Source: Clostridiales bacterium (GTDB lineage: Bacteria; Bacillota; Clostridia; Christensenellales; UBA1242). Taken from it: DNA of 64,000 nucleotides. The notes under the pieces are model-generated. The model was not told the DNA's origin. It saw only the letters and a list, made by a program, of their open reading frames with translations, and did not search any database. The position numbers and the translations under genes were made by a program. Positions within the stretch are counted from its first letter, which is position 1; each line of letters begins with the position of its first letter. The stretch covers positions 6,896 through 70,895 of the forward strand of contig SVHX01000005.1 in assembly GCA_015055665.1 (NCBI GenBank), given 5' to 3'. Shown here in pieces: positions 55,168 through 64,000 of the stretch.

Positions 55168-56793
55168 TTAATATATGCCGTGGCCTTGGGCTACTGCACT
55201 TGCGTTATTGGTCTTATCTTCGATATCTGTAATGATGACTTCGGTTGTGAGCAGGGTTGCTGCGACGCTACCGGCGTTCTCGATAGCTGAGCGTGTTACT
55301 TTGGTAGGGTCGATTACTCCTGCGTCTATCATATCCACGTACTCGTGTGTTAAGGCATTATAGCCAAAGGTTGCGGAGTCGCTGTTGAGTATCTTATCTA
55401 TAATTACTCCGCCATCTACGCCTGCGTTATTTGCAATCATCTTGATAGGTGCTGATATTGCACGTAGTACAATTTCTGCACCGGTCTTCTCGTCACCAGA
55501 TAATGTTGTTATAAGCTCTTGCAGTGGAGTAGAGGCTCTAAGTAATGCAATGCCGCCACCTGATACAATTCCTTCTTCGACTGCACTCTTGGTTGCCTCG
55601 ATTGCATCTTCGATACGGAGCTTTTTCTCCTGCATTTCGACTTCGGTAGCACTTCCGACGCAGATAACTGCTATTCCGCCAAGGAGCTTGGCTAGCCTAT
55701 TGCTAAGTCTATTGCGGTCAAAGTCGTTATCGCAGGCTGATATTTGTCCGCGTATTTCGTTGGCACGGGCGTCAATATCTTCTTTGCTACCTTTGCCGCC
55801 AGAGATTGTTGTGGTATCTTTGTTGACTTTGATTAATGAAGCGTATCCTAATTTGTTAATATCTGTATTACTAAGTTCTAGTCCTAATTCTTCGCAAATA
55901 AATGTGCCACCAGTAAGGACTGCAATATCTTGACACAAGGCTTTTCGTTTGTCTGCATAGCCGGGAGCTTTGACTGCACATACATTAAGAGCTCCTCTAA
56001 GCTTATTAAGAACAAGTGTGCTTAGTACCTCGGTTTCGATATCCTCTGCAATAATTAGCAGTGGGTGGTTGGCACTTGATACACTTTCGAGGACAGGAAG
56101 AATCTCGTTTAAATTCTTGATTTTTTTGTCTGTGATTAGTATATAACAGTCGCTTAAAACGCACTCCATCTTGTCGGTATTATTAACCATATATGGTGAC
56201 ATGAATCCTTTGTCAAACTGCATACCTTCGACAATCTTGAGTTCGGTATTAAGTGTCTTGCTTTCTTCGACAGATATAACTCCATCTTTGCCGACTTTGT
56301 CAAAGCCTTCGGCAATTAGTCTTCCAATTTCTTCGTCGCCAGCACTAATAGATGCAATCTGGAAGATTTCTTTGGTAGAGCTTACTGGGTTTGATATGCT
56401 TTTTAGATAGTTGGTAACGCACGAGATGCCTTTTTGGATACCTTTTTTTAGAATTACTGGGTTAGCACCTGCGGTGTAGTTCTTAACACCTTCTGTTACG
56501 ATTGCCTCTGCTAGTATGCAGGCGGTAGTTGTTCCGTCTCCTGCCACGTCATTAGTTCTTATGCTAACTTCTTTAATTAGATTAGCTCCCATATTTTCGA
56601 ACGGATCGGGTAGGGTGATTTCTTTGGCGATAGTTACACCATCATTGGTTATAAGCGGAGTTCCAAATTTGCGGTCGAGTACCACATTGCGGCCTTTAGG
56701 CCCAAGGGTAACTTTGACAGCACTAGATAGTTTCTTTACTCCCGATTCTAATTTCTTTACTGCTTCAAATCCTGATAAAATTTGTTTTGACAT
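55168..56793 (-). CDS. groL: chaperonin GroEL
   Basis: The 541-aa protein shows DGTTTA, GPKGRNVV and VAAVKAPG-type (VCAVKAPGY) motifs, among others. Confidence 0.97.
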   Translation of the reverse strand: MSKQILSGFEAVKKLESGVKKLSSAVKVTLGPKGRNVVLDRKFGTPLITNDGVTIAKEITLPDPFENMGANLIKEVSIRTNDVAGDGTTTACILAEAIVTEGVKNYTAGANPVILKKGIQKGISCVTNYLKSISNPVSSTKEIFQIASISAGDEEIGRLIAEGFDKVGKDGVISVEESKTLNTELKIVEGMQFDKGFMSPYMVNNTDKMECVLSDCYILITDKKIKNLNEILPVLESVSSANHPLLIIAEDIETEVLSTLVLNKLRGALNVCAVKAPGYADKRKALCQDIAVLTGGTFICEELGLELSNTDINKLGYASLIKVNKDTTTISGGKGSKEDIDARANEIRGQISACDNDFDRNRLSNRLAKLLGGIAVICVGSATEVEMQEKKLRIEDAIEATKSAVEEGIVSGGGIALLRASTPLQELITTLSGDEKTGAEIVLRAISAPIKMIANNAGVDGGVIIDKILNSDSATFGYNALTHEYVDMIDAGVIDPTKVTRSAIENAGSVAATLLTTEVIITDIEDKTNNASAVAQGHGIY

Positions 56794-56816
56794 TTGTTAG
56801 TTCTCCTTACATTTAA

Positions 56817-57098
56817 TTAGTTTTCGATAATTCCTAGAATATCTTTCTCTTTGATGATAATGTGAATTGTGTTGTCTATGAGGAATTCGCATCCGCTATA
56901 TCTATTGAATACAACTCGATCTCCAACTTTGACCTCAAATGTTACATCATTACCATCTACCTTGCCTGTGCCAAGTGCTACAACCTCGCATATCTCGGGT
57001 TGTTTGCTACTTTCTGGTAATATAATGCTGCCGATTTTATCGGCTTTTTCTTTGATAGGACGGACTACGACTCTATCGAATAACGGCTTAATATTCAT
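56817..57098 (-). CDS. groS: co-chaperonin GroES
   Basis: The start was taken at the ATG at 57098 (MNIKPLFDRVVVRP), preceded by AAAGGAG. The product is 93 aa. Confidence 0.95.
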   Translation of the reverse strand: MNIKPLFDRVVVRPIKEKADKIGSIILPESSKQPEICEVVALGTGKVDGNDVTFEVKVGDRVVFNRYSGCEFLIDNTIHIIIKEKDILGIIEN

Positions 57099-57131
57099 GT
57101 TTTTTCTTGCTCCTTTGATGATTATAATAGA

Positions 57132-57271
57132 ATTATAATTTATTATATTGTATTGTACAATAATGATGAGAGTATTAATTTGTCTAATTATTCGCGTTAT
57201 TGTGTTATTGTGTATAATCGCATATTTCATATTAGTTAATTAATATAATATTACCAATTGTACAATGTCAA
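57132..57271 (-). promoter_or_regulatory. groES promoter region with two copies of the palindrome ATTGTACAAT and no CIRCE element
   Basis: The palindromes lie at 57152-57161 and 57257-57266. On the minus strand the distal one abuts a TTGACA -35 box (57266-57271). The proximal one supplies a TTGTAC -35-like hexamer, 17 nt upstream of TATAAT (57132-57137). Confidence 0.45.
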
Positions 57272-57342
57272 GATATATCTGCTGATAATCTTCTGGGCAG
57301 CGATAAAATCTTGGTATTTTCAATATAGCATAATGGGAGTAG

Positions 57343-58167
57343 GTGATATCAAGTTTTATGTCAAAGCAAGTGTATTATGATGATGTGAAAATTATAAAAA
57401 AGCCCCTTAATAAGCGGGTAAGAGATTTTTTAAAATTTTTTTGCGTAGTAGTGGTTATTGTGATGTGTTTTGTGGGTGCGGGGTATTTGAGCAAGGCGTT
57501 AACTGTGGGTAATCTGGGTGCTGTAATTGTGTACGGTAGTACAACGAAAAAACTCAATGCTAATGTTAGGTATGCAGTAACTCTTGGCGAATATGAAGAT
57601 AAGACAGAGGCCGAGCAAGTTGCGTTGGGGTCTAGTGTCCAAGGTGCTAGCGGTTATGTATGGCATGGAGATAAATATTATGTAATAGGTAGTGTTTATA
57701 GCACTAGAGAGGATGCGGAGAAAGTGCTACGCAATCTTCAAGAAAGTAAGTATAATACGAGCATTATTGAAATTAGGTATGATAAGGCGACCCTTGATCT
57801 TTCCATGTACGAAAATTCTGATATGAGGGTTGTTGATGAATCTATTGGTATATGGGATGATGTTTACCAATGTATATACGATTATTCGATCTCGTTTGAC
57901 AAGGGAGAGATAAGTCACTTAGCGGTAAGCAGTGGGCTTAGTAACATTAGGGGTAAGGTAAAGGCAATTATTGTAGATCTGCAAAATCTTATTAATAAGA
58001 ACACTTCAAAGTTAAGTTATGTTCAGTCGGCACTTATTAAGCTTGATGAAATACTAGACGAGGCGATTCTTAAAACAATAGATAATACGGCAACAAATTA
58101 TACTTTAAGGTATGCTCTGGTAAATGTAGTAGATATAGAGTATGAGATGCGTAGCCAGTTGGTGTGA
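57343..58167 (+). CDS. membrane-anchored SPOR-domain-like protein
   Basis: One TM helix (FFCVVVVIVMCFVGAGYL) is followed by YAVTLGEYEDKTEAEQVA...YYVIGSVYSTREDAEKVLRNL, a SPOR-like beta-alpha-beta-beta repeat. The start codon is uncertain (GTG at 57343 or ATG at 57358). Confidence 0.6.
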   Translation: MISSFMSKQVYYDDVKIIKKPLNKRVRDFLKFFCVVVVIVMCFVGAGYLSKALTVGNLGAVIVYGSTTKKLNANVRYAVTLGEYEDKTEAEQVALGSSVQGASGYVWHGDKYYVIGSVYSTREDAEKVLRNLQESKYNTSIIEIRYDKATLDLSMYENSDMRVVDESIGIWDDVYQCIYDYSISFDKGEISHLAVSSGLSNIRGKVKAIIVDLQNLINKNTSKLSYVQSALIKLDEILDEAILKTIDNTATNYTLRYALVNVVDIEYEMRSQLV

Positions 58168-58260
58168 AGAAAGATTGTATTGTCGATAATCTAGCATTAC
58201 TTGAGATGTATATAATTAAATTTGTTTGTAAAAATAACTAAATCGTGATAGACTGATTAT

Positions 58261-58773
58261 ATGAGCAAGAAAAAAAGTTACATTATAGTATCAATAATAA
58301 TCGTGGCAGGACTAATCATAGACTTGGTAACCAAGGCTGTTTTTGCTAATGTACTTGAGTATGGCGATAAAGATATCAAATTAATACCAAATCTCTTGAC
58401 ATTGACATTTGTCGAAAATGATGGTGCTGCCTATGGGATGATGGGTGGTAGGACATGGCTTCTTATTGTCTTGTCGATTGCCTTTATTATCGGATTTATT
58501 TGTTATTACATATTTAATCACAATACAAATATTTGGTTTAACATTGGTATCGGGCTTATATTAAGTGGTGCGATTGGTAATTTGATTGACAGATTATTCT
58601 TTGGCGGTATTGTAAGGGATTTTATTAGTATTGAGATATTTGATTTCGTATGCAATATTGCTGATATCTGGATAACATTTGGGGTTGTGGCTTTTGGTAT
58701 TTATATTATAACCGAAGCTATTAAAGAAGCAAAAAACAAAGGAAGAAAGGCAGATGAGCAAGATAACCAATGA
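58261..58773 (+). CDS. lspA: lipoprotein signal peptidase II
   Basis: The 170-aa protein has four TM helices and NDGAAYG and GNLIDRLFFGGIVRDFI motifs. Confidence 0.92.
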   Translation: MSKKKSYIIVSIIIVAGLIIDLVTKAVFANVLEYGDKDIKLIPNLLTLTFVENDGAAYGMMGGRTWLLIVLSIAFIIGFICYYIFNHNTNIWFNIGIGLILSGAIGNLIDRLFFGGIVRDFISIEIFDFVCNIADIWITFGVVAFGIYIITEAIKEAKNKGRKADEQDNQ

Positions 58774-59650
58774 GTACACAGGTGTTAGGCTTGACAAATA
58801 TCTCCTTGAACAATATCCAGATAAAACTCGATCGCACATTAAGCATTGGATTGAGGATGGTGTTGTAACTGTTAATGGTAAAGTAACCAAAGCCGGTTAT
58901 TCTTTAAGGCTGTATGATGATGTAGAGGTTGGGGAGATAGAAGAAAAAGTATTGTCTTCCGAGCCTCAGGATATACCTATTGATATTGTATATGAAGATG
59001 ATGACCTTGCGGTTGTTAATAAGCCTCAAGGCATGGTTGTGCATCCTGCAGTTAAGAATTATGATAACACTCTTGTTAATGCTCTTATGTATAGATTGGA
59101 TAACCTAAGCTCTATTAATGGTGTAATTAGGCCGGGGATTGTTCATAGGATAGATAAGGATACATCTGGCTTGTTGGTTGTGGCTAAGAACGACAAATCT
59201 CATGTGAATTTGAGCGAACAGATTGCAACTAAGGAGTGTCGCAGGATATATTGGGCGTTGGTTGATGGGGTTGTTAAGTCGGATGGAGAGATAGTTAATA
59301 ATATTGGTCGTGATCCTAAGAATAGGTTGAAGATGGCGGTATTAAGTACTGGTGGCAAAGTGGCACATACAAAGTACCGTGTCTTGGAGGTCTTGGGTAA
59401 TTATACGCTAGTGGAATTTGAGCTAAAGACTGGCAGGACTCATCAGATTAGAGTCCATAGTGCTTATATGCATCATCCTATTGTTGGGGATCAGTTATAT
59501 AATAGCAATAAGTGTAAGTTTAAACTGAGTGGTCAGTTGTTGCATGCCAAAACAATAATTTTTAAGCATCCGACAACAGGGAAAGAGATGAGGTTTGAAA
59601 CTGAATTGCCAGATTACTTTAGTAATATTTTAAAAATCTTGCGAAAATAA
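58754..59650 (+). CDS. rluD: 23S rRNA pseudouridine synthase RluD-type (S4 domain plus RluA-family catalytic domain)
   Basis: An S4-like N-terminus (RLDKYL) precedes the HRIDKDTSG catalytic motif and TGRTHQIRVH. The gene overlaps the lspA stop, giving the classic lspA-rluD order. Confidence 0.9.
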   Translation: MSKITNEYTGVRLDKYLLEQYPDKTRSHIKHWIEDGVVTVNGKVTKAGYSLRLYDDVEVGEIEEKVLSSEPQDIPIDIVYEDDDLAVVNKPQGMVVHPAVKNYDNTLVNALMYRLDNLSSINGVIRPGIVHRIDKDTSGLLVVAKNDKSHVNLSEQIATKECRRIYWALVDGVVKSDGEIVNNIGRDPKNRLKMAVLSTGGKVAHTKYRVLEVLGNYTLVEFELKTGRTHQIRVHSAYMHHPIVGDQLYNSNKCKFKLSGQLLHAKTIIFKHPTTGKEMRFETELPDYFSNILKILRK

Positions 59651-59709
59651 TTGGCGTTACACAAATTTTTGTGTTAAACTTACAAAAGTTAAAGAAGGAG
59701 AAAATAATT

Positions 59710-59970
59710 ATGTCAAACAAATCATTTAGTTGGAGAAGTATTATTAATATGGTTGCATTTGTTGCAATTTGTTGTATTGGAGTATCTCTACTTGTTGGTC
59801 AAATTGGTGCTAACGAGATAGCAAGTGCTTTTGACAAAGTTGCACAAATTCTTGCATACTTAATTACTGCTATTGCTTCATTTAGCTTCGTTATCAGCAA
59901 AAGACATTGGGCTTATTATGTTGTGTGGGCAGTTGCGGTAACTCTTATTATTGTAATATTGATTATATAA
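59710..59970 (+). CDS. small membrane protein (86 aa, three TM helices)
   Basis: The start was taken at the ATG at 59710, preceded by AAGGAGAAAA. Confidence 0.55.
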   Translation: MSNKSFSWRSIINMVAFVAICCIGVSLLVGQIGANEIASAFDKVAQILAYLITAIASFSFVISKRHWAYYVVWAVAVTLIIVILII

Positions 59971-60097
59971 TTTTAGAAAAATTGATGAATATTCGTTCGT
60001 CAATTTTTTTTGACATAACATATTGCAAAGTTGCATGAAAATGATTTAGAATATTTTATGATTGTGCTACAATATATATTGGTCACAGGAGAAGATA

Positions 60098-60442
60098 TTG
60101 GACAAAGAAGTTCTGCTCAAGTTCTTGAGAAGCAAATTTAATATTGCATTAATAGTGTTGCAAGTCCTTGCAGTGCTTTGTTATTTGTTGAGCTTTGTTG
60201 CTGATTTTTTTGTTGTATTATTTCTTCTGCTAGAGAGTGCATTTTTGATTGCGTGGGGGATTAAGATGATACTTTCTATTCGAAAAGTTACTCAACAGAT
60301 AGAGGTGTTTGAAAGATTGTCGACTGACGCAAGAGCAATAGAACTTAATAGAAAGAGAGCCAAACAAAATAAGAGAAATTATATTTTTGTGGGCATTGCA
60401 TTGATAATTTTGGGTTGTGTGTTGTTGCTTTATTTGTTTTAG
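60098..60442 (+). CDS. small membrane protein
   Basis: The TTG at 60098 lies 6 nt after the RBS AGGAG (60087-60091). The listed TTG at 60062 lies upstream of the likely -10 box TGcTACAAT (60068-60073), so it is probably not transcribed. Confidence 0.45.
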   Translation: MDKEVLLKFLRSKFNIALIVLQVLAVLCYLLSFVADFFVVLFLLLESAFLIAWGIKMILSIRKVTQQIEVFERLSTDARAIELNRKRAKQNKRNYIFVGIALIILGCVLLLYLF

Positions 60443-60545
60443 CGATTAAAATAGCCAATAAATTTAATTATAGTTGTTGCAATTGAGTGATTATTGTGGT
60501 ATAATGAATAAGTTAAATGTATATATTATTTAAGGAGTAAATCTA

Positions 60546-61823
60546 ATGAAATACGAAGTAAAAAAACTTGAAAACAAAAACATTGCTGTTACTATTGACT
60601 TTGATCATGAAGAGTGGGAGTCACTAGTTAACGATTCTTATAATAAGAACAAAGGTAAATACAAGGTAGAAGGATTCCGTCAAGGCAAAGCTCCAAGAAA
60701 GATTATTGAGCAGAACTACGGATTTGAGGTGTTCTTTGAGGATGCTATTTCTGAAGGATTCAACAAGCATTACATGGAGATATTAGACAAAGAGCCTCAG
60801 ATAGATCCTATTGATAGCCCAACACTTAAGGTTACTAAGCTTGACGAAACTGGTATTACTATTGTTGCAGAAATCCCTGTTAAGCCAGAAGTTAAGATGG
60901 GTGCGTACAAGGGACTAGGCGTTAAACTAGAAGCCAAAGCTGTAACTGATGAAGATGTTGAGAACGAACTAAAAAGAGTACAAGTTCAGAACACAAGACT
61001 AGTTGAGAAAGATGGCGAGATTGCTAGTGGTGATGTTGCCAATATCGACTTTAAGGGTAGTGTAGATGGCGAGTACTTTGAGGGTGGTACATCTGAAGGA
61101 TTTGATCTTGAGATCGGTAGTCACACTTTTATCGAAGGTTTCGAAGAGCAATTAATTGGACTTAAGGCTGGAGATGAGAAGGATGTTCTTGTTAAGTTCC
61201 CAGAGACATACCATGCAGATAATCTTGCTGGTAAGGATGCTAAGTTCGAGTGTAAGGTTAACGCTGTTAAGAATAAAGTATTACCAGAAATCAATGATGA
61301 GCTAGCTAGTAACGTTAGCGAATACGAAACACTTGCAGAATACAAAGAGCATATCAAAGAGCATTTAGGCGAACACGCTATGCAAGATGCAAGAGTTAAG
61401 GCAGAGAACGAGATTTTAGAGAAAATTGTTGCTGGTATGAAGGTTGAAGTTCCTGAAGTTATGATTGAGAGAGAACTTGATGCTATTATGCAAGACATGG
61501 AATATAGACTAATGTACCAAGGAGCTAATCTTGAAGCTTATGCTAAGTACATGGGCAAGACTGTAGAAGATATTCGTAACGAGCGTAAGGAAGAGGCTAA
61601 CAAGAGCGTTAAGATTAGACTAGCTCTTCAAGAAATACTCAAGGCAGAAAAAATAGAAGTTGTCGAGAAAGATGTCGATGAATATATCGAGAAAGTTTCG
61701 AAGCGTGCTAATAAAACTGCTGATGAGTATAAAAAGAGCATGACTGACGAAAGATTGAATTATATCAAGAACGAGATACTTATGTCTAAGTTGCTTGATT
61801 TCCTTATTGAGAACAATAAATAG
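60546..61823 (+). CDS. tig: trigger factor
   Basis: The 425-aa protein has the ribosome-binding motif [11 protein letters not shown] and a central FKBP-type PPIase domain ([20 protein letters not shown]). Confidence 0.95.
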   Translation: MKYEVKKLENKNIAVTIDFDHEEWESLVNDSYNKNKGKYKVEGFRQGKAPRKIIEQNYGFEVFFEDAISEGFNKHYMEILDKEPQIDPIDSPTLKVTKLDETGITIVAEIPVKPEVKMGAYKGLGVKLEAKAVTDEDVENELKRVQVQNTRLVEKDGEIASGDVANIDFKGSVDGEYFEGGTSEGFDLEIGSHTFIEGFEEQLIGLKAGDEKDVLVKFPETYHADNLAGKDAKFECKVNAVKNKVLPEINDELASNVSEYETLAEYKEHIKEHLGEHAMQDARVKAENEILEKIVAGMKVEVPEVMIERELDAIMQDMEYRLMYQGANLEAYAKYMGKTVEDIRNERKEEANKSVKIRLALQEILKAEKIEVVEKDVDEYIEKVSKRANKTADEYKKSMTDERLNYIKNEILMSKLLDFLIENNK

Positions 61824-61831
61824 GAGTAATT

Positions 61832-62416
61832 ATGTTGATACCTTATGTAGTTGATCAGACTGGTAGTGGAGAGAGAAGTTACGATATATATAGTAGACTG
61901 CTTGAAGATAGAATTGTCTTCATATCAGGTGAGATTGATGACGCGTCTGCTAATACAATAGTGGCACAACTTATCTATCTTGAGGCTAAGAATCCAGAGA
62001 AGGATATTTGTGTATACATCAATAGTCCTGGTGGTAGTGTAACTGCTGGTATGGCTATCTATGATACAATGAAGTATGTTAAGTGTGATGTGTCTACTAT
62101 TTGTGTGGGACTTGCTGCTTCAATGGGAGCGTTCTTGCTTGCTGCGGGAACTAAAGGCAAAAGATTCTGTCTGCCTAATAGCGAGGTTATGATTCATCAG
62201 CCGCTAGGTGGTGCACAAGGTCAAGCTAGTGATATCGAGATTACTGCTAGACATATTATGAATACTAAACGTAAGATGATACAGATGTTATCCGAGAATA
62301 CAGGTCAACCAATCGAAAGAGTAGAGAAGGATGTCGATAGAGATTACTATATGTCAGCTAACGAGGCTGTCGAATATGGTCTGGTTGACAAGGTTATTAC
62401 TAGAGATAAGGGTTAG
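61832..62416 (+). CDS. clpP: ATP-dependent Clp protease proteolytic subunit
   Basis: The 194-aa protein has Ser-His-Asp triad contexts [16 protein letters not shown] and DRD. Confidence 0.97.
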   Translation: MLIPYVVDQTGSGERSYDIYSRLLEDRIVFISGEIDDASANTIVAQLIYLEAKNPEKDICVYINSPGGSVTAGMAIYDTMKYVKCDVSTICVGLAASMGAFLLAAGTKGKRFCLPNSEVMIHQPLGGAQGQASDIEITARHIMNTKRKMIQMLSENTGQPIERVEKDVDRDYYMSANEAVEYGLVDKVITRDKG

Positions 62417-62423
62417 ATATGTT

Positions 62424-62494
62424 GTACTATGCATTAGATAAGATAATGGCTTATTTAGCCCAATATTACACTAATGCATAGTACTTTGTTTTTA
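62424..62494 (+). terminator. long-loop hairpin and T-tract after clpP
   Basis: The stem is GTACTATGCATTAG / CTAATGCATAGTAC (62424-62437 and 62471-62484), followed by TTTGTTTTT. Confidence 0.5.
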
Positions 62495-62523
62495 TTAAAT
62501 ATTGCTAGTTGTTAAGGAGATTT

Positions 62524-63816
62524 ATGGACGAAGATATTGATAAGATTATAATGGAGTGTTCCTTCTGTGGAAGGAGTCAGCTGGAGACTAAGAACATGAT
62601 TACTAGCCCAACTGGGTCGTCGTTTATTTGTGAAGATTGTGTCGCTATATGTAGTGATATGCTTAGTAAAACACATAAGCCTAAGGCTCAAGATAAAATC
62701 AAATTGCCAACACCGCGTGAGCTTAAGGCAATGCTTGATGAGTATATAATAGGGCAGGATGAGGCAAAAAGGGTCTTGAGTGTTGCCGTCTATAATCATT
62801 ACAAACGAATTAATTATAATATAGATGTAGAGGCTTCGAAGAGTGGGAAGAAGGAGTCGTTGGACTTAGAAAAAAGCAATGTGCTACTTATTGGCCCTAC
62901 TGGTAGTGGCAAGACAATGCTTGCACGAATACTAGCCAAGATTCTTAAAGTGCCTTTTGCGACTGCAGATGCTACCACATTGACTGAGGCGGGTTATGTT
63001 GGTGAAGATGTAGAGAATATCTTGCTTAAACTTATTCAAAGTGCCAATTACGACATTAAGAAGGCGGAACAAGGTATTATCTATATAGATGAGATTGACA
63101 AAATTACTCGAAAGTCCGAGAATCCTAGTATTACTCGTGATGTAAGTGGAGAGGGAGTTCAGCAGGCGTTGCTTAAGATAATAGAGAGCACGGTTGCTAG
63201 TGTTCCTCCTCAAGGCGGAAGAAAACATCCACAACAAGAATTGTTGCAGATAGATACCAAGAATATCTTGTTTATTTGTGGTGGGGCTTTCGTAGGGTTA
63301 GACAAGATTATTGAGAGACGACAGAATAAAAATGTTCTTGGATTTACCGCTCATGATGATTCTCAGCAGGAGAAGAAGTTGAGTCAGGTTATCAAAGAGA
63401 TTCAGCCTCAAGATTTAATTAAATTTGGCTTAATTCCTGAATTTGTTGGAAGATTACCTATTGTTGTAGGGCTTGATGAGCTTACTGAGGATGCTCTTGT
63501 TAAGATTATGACAGAGCCGAAAAATGCAATTGTTAAACAATACAAAACAATGTTTAAGATAGATGGTGTTGACCTTGAAATTAAGCCAGAAGCAGTGAGG
63601 GCTGTAGCAAAAAAAGCTATGAAGCTTAAGACTGGTGCTAGGGGATTGAGAACCATTATGGAAGATGTGATGTTGGATATAATGTTTGTTACCCCAGATG
63701 ATAGGACGATATCTAAAGTTGTAGTTAATGAAGATACAATTAAGACCAAAGAACCTATAATCGAAAGAAAGGAAGTAGAGGAAAAGAAGGCTGATACTGA
63801 GGATAAAACTGCTTAG
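62524..63816 (+). CDS. clpX: ATP-dependent Clp protease ATP-binding subunit ClpX
   Basis: The start was taken at the ATG at 62524 (RBS AAGGAG). There is an N-terminal zinc finger (CSFCGRS...CEDC), a Walker A (GPTGSGKT), a Walker B (IIYIDEIDK), and a pore/IGF-type region. Confidence 0.96.
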   Translation: MDEDIDKIIMECSFCGRSQLETKNMITSPTGSSFICEDCVAICSDMLSKTHKPKAQDKIKLPTPRELKAMLDEYIIGQDEAKRVLSVAVYNHYKRINYNIDVEASKSGKKESLDLEKSNVLLIGPTGSGKTMLARILAKILKVPFATADATTLTEAGYVGEDVENILLKLIQSANYDIKKAEQGIIYIDEIDKITRKSENPSITRDVSGEGVQQALLKIIESTVASVPPQGGRKHPQQELLQIDTKNILFICGGAFVGLDKIIERRQNKNVLGFTAHDDSQQEKKLSQVIKEIQPQDLIKFGLIPEFVGRLPIVVGLDELTEDALVKIMTEPKNAIVKQYKTMFKIDGVDLEIKPEAVRAVAKKAMKLKTGARGLRTIMEDVMLDIMFVTPDDRTISKVVVNEDTIKTKEPIIERKEVEEKKADTEDKTA

Positions 63817-63850
63817 AGTCTAGCTAATAACACACTAATGGAGGAAGAAA

Positions 63851-64000
63851 ATGGATATAAGAAGTGCGAAGTTTGTAACGAGTGCTACGGATTGCAAAAA
63901 AATGGAAGGTGACAATCCGGAAATTGCTTTTGTCGGAAGAAGTAATGTTGGCAAGAGTAGTCTAATTAATATGTTGACTAAGCAAAAGAAGCTATGCAAA
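63851..64000 (+). CDS. engB: ribosome biogenesis GTPase EngB/YsxC, 3'-truncated by the window edge
   Basis: The ATG at 63851 follows GGAGGAAGAAA. The N-terminus contains the G1 motif [14 protein letters not shown]. The position downstream of clpX matches Bacillus. Confidence 0.85.
   Translation, partial: MDIRSAKFVTSATDCKKMEGDNPEIAFVGRSNVGKSSLINMLTKQKKLCK

Noticed and set aside
55385-55933. A 182-aa ORF on the + strand, plus several 60-95-aa ORFs, lie opposite groEL. Similar antisense ORFs occur inside pgk, tpiA, gpmI, rnr, recD2, ileS, ktrB and clpX.
   Set aside because: These are shadow ORFs on the opposite strand of well-supported conserved genes. They have Ser/Pro/Leu-rich nonsense-like composition and no RBS.

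Overview
This 64-kb window comes from an AT-rich chromosome of Bacillota (Firmicutes) type. Supporting this are spoVT followed by a yabM-like flippase, the secG-rnr, lspA-rluD and tig-clpP-clpX-engB orders, T-box leaders, and a long Bacillus-type SRP RNA. About two thirds is housekeeping sequence. It includes HU, dusB, pgk-tpiA-gpmI, secG, RNase R, cmk, recD2-comFC, smpB-ssrA, SRP RNA, ileS, ktrBA, a znuACB-type transporter, groESL, lspA-rluD, trigger factor and clpPX. A very large surface-type protein runs off the 5' edge. The unusual part is the roughly 18-kb interval between the 3' end of tRNA-Arg(UCG) at 22009 (+ strand) and the 3' end of tmRNA at 40296 (- strand). Both RNA genes carry duplicated copies of their own 3' ends, which are integration scars. 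No integrase, transposase or CRISPR array is visible anywhere in the window. The interval holds mostly orphan genes. The main ones are a 1607-aa DUF4011-like SF1 helicase with a Vsr/DUF559-like nuclease domain and a long Lys/Glu-rich tail, which is the best single-gene defence candidate; two tightly coupled two-gene cassettes of unknown function; a di-iron ferritin-like protein; and a T-box(GAC)-controlled archaeal-type AspRS sitting between direct repeats. Other points worth a look are a 115-nt element of four consecutive perfect hairpins beside ssrA, a HEPN-motif/CBS fusion protein, a groES promoter region with no CIRCE element but a duplicated 10-bp palindrome, and a tRNA-Arg with a U19:A56 covariation. 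All family assignments come from reading motifs by eye. No database search was run.
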